DNA of 64,000 nucleotides from Planctomycetota bacterium. Its GTDB lineage: Bacteria; Planctomycetota; JAJSAM01; JAJVHW01. The notes beneath the pieces are model-generated. The model was not told where the DNA came from. It was given only the letters and a program-made list of their open reading frames with translations, and searched no databases. How positions within the stretch are numbered: the stretch's first letter is position 1; every line of letters starts with the position of its first letter. The stretch spans positions 95,868 through 159,867 of the forward strand of contig JAJRPF010000048.1 in the NCBI GenBank assembly GCA_024280885.1. The letters are read 5' to 3'. Made by a program: the position numbers and the translations under genes. Shown in pieces: positions 37,320 through 44,222 of this stretch.

Positions 37320-37664
37320 ATGACGGACAAGAAGCTCTTTGGCGCACTCCGTGCCACCACGTTGGCAGCGCTGTGCGCAGGCGGATTCGTACTCGCGACG
37401 GCCGGCTGCAGCGCCGAATCAGAAGGCGGTCCTGAGGCTGGTGGAGAGACACCGGCCGACGTGGGCGGCGAGAAATCCTGCTCTGGCGACATGGGCGGCG
37501 AGAAGTCGTGTGGCGACTCGATGGGGGCCGACAAGGCGGACGGCGAGAAGTCGTACGGCGACCAGATGGACGGCGAGAAATCGTGTGGCGACAGCATGGG
37601 TGGCGACAAGGCTGGCGACAAGGCGGATGGCGAGAAGTCATGCGGGGAGAAAAGCTGCGGCTGA
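37320..37664 (+). CDS. Low-complexity lipoprotein with six GEKS[C/Y][G/S] repeats; putative MNIO-type RiPP metallophore precursor
   Basis: AGAAGGA RBS; lipobox ATAGC; GEKSCS, GEKSCG, GEKSYG, GEKSCG, GEKSCG, EKSCG-stop; 114 aa. Confidence 0.75.
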   Translation: MTDKKLFGALRATTLAALCAGGFVLATAGCSAESEGGPEAGGETPADVGGEKSCSGDMGGEKSCGDSMGADKADGEKSYGDQMDGEKSCGDSMGGDKAGDKADGEKSCGEKSCG

Positions 37665-37697
37665 TTTCGCCAATAGAGCCTGCGGAGCCTATTTCGT

Positions 37698-37728
37698 CCC
37701 GGCCTGAGTGATTTCCGCTCAGGCCGGG
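37698..37728 (+). terminator. Hairpin after the Cys-repeat gene
   Basis: CCCGGCCTGAGTG-ATTTC-CGCTCAGGCCGGG, 13-bp stem with one G-U; no U-tract. Confidence 0.55.
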
Positions 37729-37765
37729 GCCCGTCCCCTCCGCCTCCGCCGAAAAGAGGTCCATC

Positions 37766-38128
37766 GTGCGCGATGAAGCGCAGGCCCTGCTTGCTGCCAA
37801 CCATTCATTCTATTCTGCGTTTGCCGAAGGCGACGTCGGTCGCATGGAGAACCTCTGGGCCGAGGACGTCAACGTCGCGTGTAGTCATCCAGGCGCTGGT
37901 CCGCTGCACGGCCGATCGGTGGTGATGCAGACCTGGAACGAGATCCTGCAGAGCGGCGGCGCGCCGGGCATTCATGCCGATGACGCGAAGGCTGTGCTTC
38001 TCGGCGAGGCTGGCTTCGTGACGTGCATGGAGTGCATCGGCGATGCCCGCTTGGTCGCGACGAATGTCTTCGTGCGCGAGTCCGGGCGCTGGCGCATGGT
38101 TCACCATCAGGCGGGCGCCGAGAGCTGA
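37766..38128 (+). CDS. SnoaL/NTF2-like protein
   Basis: AANHSFYSAF..WA..CSHPG..LHGR..ATNVF..WRMVHHQA. Confidence 0.85.
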   Translation: MRDEAQALLAANHSFYSAFAEGDVGRMENLWAEDVNVACSHPGAGPLHGRSVVMQTWNEILQSGGAPGIHADDAKAVLLGEAGFVTCMECIGDARLVATNVFVRESGRWRMVHHQAGAES

Positions 38129-38138
38129 CAGCCGGGGA

Positions 38139-39665
38139 TCAGCGCGGCGTCACGGGCGCAACGACGCGACCGGGATCCACGTCGAAGTCTTCGTCGCGGA
38201 TCGGAAGCGGCGGCACGGCACGACCAGTGACCCAGCCGTAGGGATTGTCGAGCGCCTCGATCGTGTACTCGTAGTGCCCGTCCACGTAGTTCGGGTCGGG
38301 CACGAAGCGCAGGTCCCCGCGCTTGACGTGCTGCGTGAGCTGGCTGTCTTCCTGGCGCAGGTAGAACTCCACCCATGGGGCCGTCGGCGATTGTGCCGCC
38401 GTGAGCGCGCCGCGTGTCCCGCGCTTCACATGCCCGCTCCAGAGCAAGTACTCGTTCTTGCGCCCTGAACTGAACTGGCGACCCGCGTCGTCCGTCTGAC
38501 GCGCCGAGAAGAGCTTGCCCACCGAGAGCCGTCCGCGGGCCATCGCCTTCCACGCCCAGTAGCCATCGATCGGCTCCTTGCGGCGCTTGTCGCGGAACGC
38601 GTTGGAGAGCATCCAGCGAAGGTTCCAGGTGTGTTGATCCGTGAGCGTGTTGCCGCGATCGTCGAGTGAGAAGTACTCGATGATGCGGAACCAGACCCGC
38701 AGCGGCGCTGGACTGCCTGCAACTGATGACGCGGGCAGGAAGATCATCTTCCCGTCGAGCACTTGACGCACCCAGCGTCGCGCATCGCCGTTCGCGCCTC
38801 CGAATGCCGCCCGATCCTCGGCTAGTAGCGCGTCGCGCAGCGCCTTCGGTTGTTGCCTGAGCCCGCCACGATCTGTGGCGCGGAGTAGGGCACGGTCCGG
38901 CACGTGGAAGGTGTGCCGACCCTTCGCGAGATACGTGCAGCGCTTCGCACTACCCTGCGGGACGGTTGACTCCTGGCGCACGTCGAGCCAGCGGACCGGG
39001 ACGCGCTCCTTTCCGATCCCGTCCGGGTGGAAGAGCGGGGCACGCGGCCGAAAGATGATCGTCCGCAGCGTCGGGAACTCGCTCCCGGTTGTGTCGTTGA
39101 CGGGGACGAGGCAGCGCTCCCCACCGCGCTCGTCCAGCCCACGCAAGATGCGGCGCGGTTTGGAGGAGGGGGCGACGCCAGTGGAGCGCCCGGCGCCGTA
39201 CGCGAACGTGATCTCATCCGCGCGCTCGTGGAGTTGGAGTTGCACCCGTCCGTCGTCGCTCGACCACTCGATGACGAAGCGTCGCGCCGGAGCTTGTCCA
39301 TCCGTCCACGTGTGGACCGTTCGTTCCTCGGCGTGCGCTTGCCAGAGTGGTGCGATCGCGCCGTCGACACCGCCACCAAGAATGGGAAGGCGCGCCGGTT
39401 GCGCGACATCGAGAGACGCCGTCGCACCGAGCACGACGAACCCGTGCATCGAGATACCCACGTCGGTGTACGGCTCACCGAAGTAGCGAAACCGGAATGG
39501 GATCTCGACGCGCGCACTCGGAGTGTTGCCGTCGAACGTGACCGGCGCGGCGAGCGGTGGCCGAGGGAGCAAGGCGCCGTCGCCTTCTCGCTCCGTGTAC
39601 CCCTGCGCAGCCGCCGGCGCGGCGAGTGCGAAGAGCATGCACGAGGCCAGCAGGAGCGTCCCCAC
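38139..39665 (-). CDS. Secreted protein with nidogen-like N-domain and unrecognised C-terminal domain (start uncertain)
   Basis: LFALAAPAAAQ signal cleavage; IPFRFRYFG..HGFVVLG..IAPLW..GQAPARRFVIEW, homologous to the N-terminus of the 13767 gene. Confidence 0.7.
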   Translation of the reverse strand: MGTLLLASCMLFALAAPAAAQGYTEREGDGALLPRPPLAAPVTFDGNTPSARVEIPFRFRYFGEPYTDVGISMHGFVVLGATASLDVAQPARLPILGGGVDGAIAPLWQAHAEERTVHTWTDGQAPARRFVIEWSSDDGRVQLQLHERADEITFAYGAGRSTGVAPSSKPRRILRGLDERGGERCLVPVNDTTGSEFPTLRTIIFRPRAPLFHPDGIGKERVPVRWLDVRQESTVPQGSAKRCTYLAKGRHTFHVPDRALLRATDRGGLRQQPKALRDALLAEDRAAFGGANGDARRWVRQVLDGKMIFLPASSVAGSPAPLRVWFRIIEYFSLDDRGNTLTDQHTWNLRWMLSNAFRDKRRKEPIDGYWAWKAMARGRLSVGKLFSARQTDDAGRQFSSGRKNEYLLWSGHVKRGTRGALTAAQSPTAPWVEFYLRQEDSQLTQHVKRGDLRFVPDPNYVDGHYEYTIEALDNPYGWVTGRAVPPLPIRDEDFDVDPGRVVAPVTPR

Positions 39666-39879
39666 AACACGGATCTGGTCGATTCTCGTCGAAGCGCGAC
39701 CGGAGTCCGAGACCGTGATCGCGCACGAGAAACTCGCGCCTGCGGCGAACCCATCCGCGTCAGCCAGAATCGTGACCAAAGTTACTCTCGTCTCTTCGCA
39801 TAGGACTATGGATGGTACCTGAGGCTCGTTCCGCCCCGGTTCCTTGTTCCCGCCGCCTGGCGGCCTCTCGGGGTGACAG

Positions 39880-40620
39880 TTGAAGTTCCCACGTCTCGCA
39901 ATCGCCGTCGGCATCCTTTCAGCCTGTTTGGCGGCCCCGGCCGCCGCGGGCACCATTAGCGACTACGGTACGTATCGCATCAACAACCACCCGGATGGTG
40001 GTGCGGCTGCGCCCTTCTATGGCTTGCGCCTCGACGGTCTCCTCGACGGGGATCAGAATAAGACGTTCACCTTCGACTTCGATGACACGGCGAACGGTGC
40101 CGCCATGTTCCTGACCTACTCGAACAGCGGTTCAGGCAATGAACTCCGCATCTTCGGCAACGCATGGGGTGGCCGGGACGTGGGCTCGACGTACCAGGAC
40201 CCTCAGTTGTGGGCTATCGATTTCACATACGTCAGCGTGACCAATGCGACGGGCGACGACGATCTCTGGATCGCGTCCGGCGCCACGCCGGGTGGCGGTA
40301 CGATCCGGGCCGCTGACCTCAGCGGGCCGATCACCGAACTCAAGGCGTTCGCCGGAAATCACCCGTACTACTTCCGCCTCGGCGACGAGGACGATGACTC
40401 CGGTCATCGCATGACGGGCGGCATCACTGGATGGGGCTGGATGAATCACGCCACTCCCGGAGCCGGGACGAGCCTCGACACGCACCTCTACTCGTCAGAC
40501 TGGCTGTTCACCGTCAATCCTGTGGCCGTGCCACTCCCGCCGTCGGCCTGGATGGGCGTCGGACTCCTCGGCGCGCTCGGACTCGTGCGACTGCGCCGCC
40601 GGCGTGCCCCCGCCATCTGA
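39880..40620 (+). CDS. VPLP-CTERM (PEP-CTERM-like) exosortase-sorted protein
   Basis: Signal peptide; C-terminal VPLPPSAWMGVGLLGALGLVRLRRRR. Confidence 0.85.
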   Translation: MKFPRLAIAVGILSACLAAPAAAGTISDYGTYRINNHPDGGAAAPFYGLRLDGLLDGDQNKTFTFDFDDTANGAAMFLTYSNSGSGNELRIFGNAWGGRDVGSTYQDPQLWAIDFTYVSVTNATGDDDLWIASGATPGGGTIRAADLSGPITELKAFAGNHPYYFRLGDEDDDSGHRMTGGITGWGWMNHATPGAGTSLDTHLYSSDWLFTVNPVAVPLPPSAWMGVGLLGALGLVRLRRRRAPAI

Positions 40621-40832
40621 CGGTCTGAAGCGAGTCCGCCGCGCCCATGCGTGGAGCAGCAACCTCCGTGAAGAGAGCGCTGCCACGGGGCGAGATTCGC
40701 CTGCCGACGGTCCGATCAACGATCGACCGGCAGCGTGAGATCCTTAGATCTCCGGGACCGGTACCGAAGTTCTGCGAACGTCGGAGCGCCTCGATCGTTC
40801 GTAGGGGCGTCGGGTATCAGCATGTCGCGGTC

Positions 40833-40876
40833 TCACTCCGTCACGTCACTCCGTCACGTCACTCCGTCACGTCACT
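40833..40876. repeat. Tandem 13-mer TCACTCCGTCACG x3.4
   Basis: Exact units at 40833, 40846 and 40859, partial unit at 40872. Confidence 0.85.
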
Positions 40877-40986
40877 GTGCCGTTACGGCGCCTGGCGTGA
40901 GCGCACAGAATGCCATGGAACGTTCTGTGCGGGAGTGCATCGAAACAGATGCGATCGGCATGCGCGTAGCCGGCGGGAGGATCACG

Positions 40987-42111
40987 ATGCGCACTTCGTT
41001 CAGACTCTTCATCGGGTTATCCATGCTCTTCACACTCGGCGTTGCGGGCGCGGAGGAGACTTCGGACGTCCCTCTCCCGGAGACGATCCCGGAAGCGGTC
41101 GAGGTGAAGCGGGAGCGTGTTCGGCGCGCGTCGCTGAAGCGTGCGCTGATCTGGTTGGACACGAGCCAGAACGAGAATGGATCGTGGGGCAAGAAGCACA
41201 CGTACGCGGTGACCGGACTCGCGTGTCTCGCATTTCTCGCCGCGCAGGATGAGCCGTTCTTCGGCAAGCGCAACGCGGCGCTCAAACGCGGTCTCGAGTT
41301 CCTGCTCGCGCAGCAGAAGGACGGTGTCTTCCCCAAGCAGGGGCATACGTGGATCCATGGGCAGGGCTTCGCGACTCTGGCGCTCTCGGAGGCGCGCGGC
41401 CGCTCGCTGCTGACGGAGACCGCAGTGGAACTCGATGCGGCTCTGCTGACCGATGTGGTCGTCAAGGCGGCGTCCGCGATCGCTAGCAATCAGTCCGCCT
41501 CGGGCGGCTGGTGGTACACGCAAGGCGATCGGAAGAACCACGAGGGTTCCACCACCGTCTGCGCCGTACAGGCGCTCGTGTCAGCGAGCAACTATGGCCT
41601 GACTGTCGATCAGGCCGTCCTCGACAACGGCTTCGAATACCTGAAGCGCTGCCAGAATCCGGATGGGGGCTTCGACTACAAGGAGGGGCCCGGGACCGCG
41701 AGCATGAAGGAAGGCACCGCCGCCGGCGTGTCCACGCTCGCTCTCGTGAAGCGCTTCGACTACGCCGTCATGCTCGAGGGTGTGAAGTTCCTGGAGACGA
41801 TCGGCACGGCTGGACTCAGCCGCGAGCGCTTTCCCTTCTACGGCCACTTCTACGCGTCGATGGGCATGCGCCTCTTCGGCGAAGAGATGTCCGAGGAAGC
41901 GCGCGTCGCGCCCTACATTGCCGCCGCGCACGCAGCCGTGATGGCCTGGCAGGAAGAGAACGGGTCCTGGGCAGAGCGCGGCTGGATGAAGGGCAGCAGC
42001 CCCGAAGGCAGCGCCTACTCAACCGCGTTCGCCGCGCTCGTGCTTGCCGTGCCGGAGGGGCGTCTATCCATCTTCCGGCGCGATCCGCCCGCGCTGCCGC
42101 AAGCGAAGTGA
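40987..42111 (+). CDS. Secreted prenyltransferase/squalene-oxidase-repeat protein
   Basis: QW-type repeats SQNENGSW, NQSASGGWWY, CQNPDGGFDY, WQEENGSW. Confidence 0.88.
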   Translation: MRTSFRLFIGLSMLFTLGVAGAEETSDVPLPETIPEAVEVKRERVRRASLKRALIWLDTSQNENGSWGKKHTYAVTGLACLAFLAAQDEPFFGKRNAALKRGLEFLLAQQKDGVFPKQGHTWIHGQGFATLALSEARGRSLLTETAVELDAALLTDVVVKAASAIASNQSASGGWWYTQGDRKNHEGSTTVCAVQALVSASNYGLTVDQAVLDNGFEYLKRCQNPDGGFDYKEGPGTASMKEGTAAGVSTLALVKRFDYAVMLEGVKFLETIGTAGLSRERFPFYGHFYASMGMRLFGEEMSEEARVAPYIAAAHAAVMAWQEENGSWAERGWMKGSSPEGSAYSTAFAALVLAVPEGRLSIFRRDPPALPQAK

Positions 42112-42145
42112 AACGACTGCCGCAGGCGAAGGCGCCGCGGGCCGC

Positions 42146-43141
42146 CTACTTACACTTGTCGTAGACGGACGGCGCGCGGTCCGACACTGCCGGAGCGGCG
42201 TTGCGCCGCACGCGGACGAACATGAACGGCGCGAAGTCCTGGCACAGACTGGAGTTCAGCCCGCCGGAACACGCGAACTGAAAGCAGCCGAAGCGCTGCC
42301 GCCAGGAGACATGGAGCTGGTCGAGTGTGTCCGTGACATTCAGGAGCTCGACCTTCTGCTCGTGGACCTGATTCACGAGTCCCATGAAGATCCCGATGAC
42401 CATGTCTTGATTGAAGTCCACGACAGGTCGAGAGTTGAAACTGGGGAAGATGGCCTTGTCGTAGAGCGTCATCCACTCGCTGTCGGTGCGCGCCACCATG
42501 ACGGTTGGCTGCAGCACTTGGCTCCCCTGGCCGCTCGTGAGGATCGCGAACACCAGGCTGCCCTGCGCGACCGGGACGGGCGATGGCGGCTGCACCGGAG
42601 GTCCGATCGCGACTCCCGGCGGTAGCGACGCCCACGTTGTGGAACCGCCGCGGCGACGCTCATCGAAGACCACCACGTCGTCAGCGAGTGCCGTGCCAAC
42701 TTCAATCGAACAGGTCACTCGCTTGGGTCCGCCAGCGCGTAGGGCGCCCGCATTCGCGCCACGCACGTCCAGGCTGAGGCGGCCGTTGATCGAATCGAGC
42801 TTCAGCTTCGTGCGAACACCGTTGACCTTGGTCCGGAGGCGCCACACTCCCTTGCGGAGCTTGAATCCGCCGCGGCTGTCGTCGCCGGTCGGTGAGTGCG
42901 CCGCGGCGACGAAAGCACCGATCTTGATCTGCAAGCCCACAAGTTGCGGATCGAACGCAGCCAGAGTTCTCTGGTCCGTGACCACGCCGCGGAGCTTCAC
43001 GGCGTGACTCGGAACGCCCCTGCGCGTGATGCGGAACACGACACGTGCTCGATCCACGGTGAGGCCTTCAGCGTGCGCGATGCGCGGGCAACCTGTAATG
43101 GCGACTGCGCACGCAATCGCGAGGAGTGTCTTCCGTCCCAT
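42146..43141 (-). CDS. Secreted protein with PrcB-like C-terminal domain
   Basis: Signal peptide; VARTDSEW..L..RPVVDFNQDMVIGIFMG. Confidence 0.7.
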   Translation of the reverse strand: MGRKTLLAIACAVAITGCPRIAHAEGLTVDRARVVFRITRRGVPSHAVKLRGVVTDQRTLAAFDPQLVGLQIKIGAFVAAAHSPTGDDSRGGFKLRKGVWRLRTKVNGVRTKLKLDSINGRLSLDVRGANAGALRAGGPKRVTCSIEVGTALADDVVVFDERRRGGSTTWASLPPGVAIGPPVQPPSPVPVAQGSLVFAILTSGQGSQVLQPTVMVARTDSEWMTLYDKAIFPSFNSRPVVDFNQDMVIGIFMGLVNQVHEQKVELLNVTDTLDQLHVSWRQRFGCFQFACSGGLNSSLCQDFAPFMFVRVRRNAAPAVSDRAPSVYDKCK

Positions 43142-43262
43142 CGCCTCATCATGAGGGAAGCCGCGCTTCCGTCACCCCGGATGTCGCCGCGGATTGAGCA
43201 ACCGACCGGGCCGCGCGCCTGTTCACCTGAGACGACCACCGCCACACGAGAAGGAGCGCAGC

Positions 43263-44213
43263 ATGTCGCGAGACGCAATCGAAGCCGAGATCACACTGGA
43301 TGAGAGCTCTCTGGTCCCCGGCGAGCGTGCGACGCTGCGCTTTCGGATGACCGCACGCGAGAGCGTTCGTATTCGCGGCGCCCACGTGAGCTTCGCCGGG
43401 TTCGAGGAGACGAAGGCGGTCTACACCTCATCGAACGGCAAGACCACGACGACGCACACGGCCACGGAGCGCAACTCGCTGGTCGAGGCGAGAAAGACGT
43501 TCAAGGGCCAGGCTCCCGCCGGCTTCCTCCACAACCTCGCTGACGGTGCGAAGACGCTACTCGGCGGCGGCGAGCACGAGGAGCTGCCGCGTGGCAGTCA
43601 TGACGTAGTGCTCGAAGTGGATCTCCCCGCGGACCTGCCGGAGTCGTTCAAGGCGAAGAAGATCCGTGTCGCCTACGAGGCCTCGGTCCATCTCGACATC
43701 CCTGCTGGGCGCGACTTCCGACAGACCGTCACATTCGATGTACCGTCCGCGGCGAGCGACGAGACACCTGAGTTGGAAGCGTTGACGATCCGGTACCCGG
43801 AGGACTCGGGGCGCGGCTTCTTCGACTCCGTGTTCGGCCCAGACGTCTCGATGCGTGTCAATCTCACCACCACGGTCATCGCGCGCGGCGGTCGGCTCTC
43901 TGGCGAACTTGAGGTGCGATTTAAGGACAAGCCGCCGACGATCAAGGCCGTCGTCTGTTCTCTGATCCGGCGTGAGAAGAGTGAGGCGCGTGGTCATCGC
44001 GACGGTCACGCGGAGACACTCGTCAGCGAGCGTCTCCCGCAGCGAGAGAGTACGTCGAACAGTCTCTTCGTTGCATTCGAAGTACGTGTCCCAGATGAGA
44101 TGATCGCCGACCGCAGTGGTGCGAAGTTCACGCTCTCGCACGAACTCGCGGTATCGCTTGACGTGCCGTGGGCGAAGGACCCCACGATTCGAATTCCGAT
44201 CGTCGTCGTCTGA
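43263..44213 (+). CDS. Arrestin-fold (SpoOM/alpha-arrestin-like) protein, two domains
   Basis: GAAGGAG RBS; IRGAHVSFAGFEET..LPRGSHDVVLEVDLPADLPESF..VAYEASVHLDIP; second domain ends LAVSLDVPWAKDPTIRIPIVV. Confidence 0.7.
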   Translation: MSRDAIEAEITLDESSLVPGERATLRFRMTARESVRIRGAHVSFAGFEETKAVYTSSNGKTTTTHTATERNSLVEARKTFKGQAPAGFLHNLADGAKTLLGGGEHEELPRGSHDVVLEVDLPADLPESFKAKKIRVAYEASVHLDIPAGRDFRQTVTFDVPSAASDETPELEALTIRYPEDSGRGFFDSVFGPDVSMRVNLTTTVIARGGRLSGELEVRFKDKPPTIKAVVCSLIRREKSEARGHRDGHAETLVSERLPQRESTSNSLFVAFEVRVPDEMIADRSGAKFTLSHELAVSLDVPWAKDPTIRIPIVVV

Positions 44214-44222
44214 CGCGGGCCG

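Noticed and set aside
37479-37661. DNA-level repeats GGCGAGAAGTCGTG as a CRISPR-like array
   Set aside because: They are in-frame codons of the GEKSCG peptide repeats with wobble-position variation
37766-38128. SnoaL-like gene as a maturase of the Cys-repeat peptide
   Set aside because: Separated by a strong hairpin and belongs to a widespread stand-alone family; no evidence of linkage
40987-42111. Squalene-hopene cyclase or terpene biosynthetic gene
   Set aside because: Too short, carries a signal peptide and lacks the DxDD motif; it is the generic repeat family
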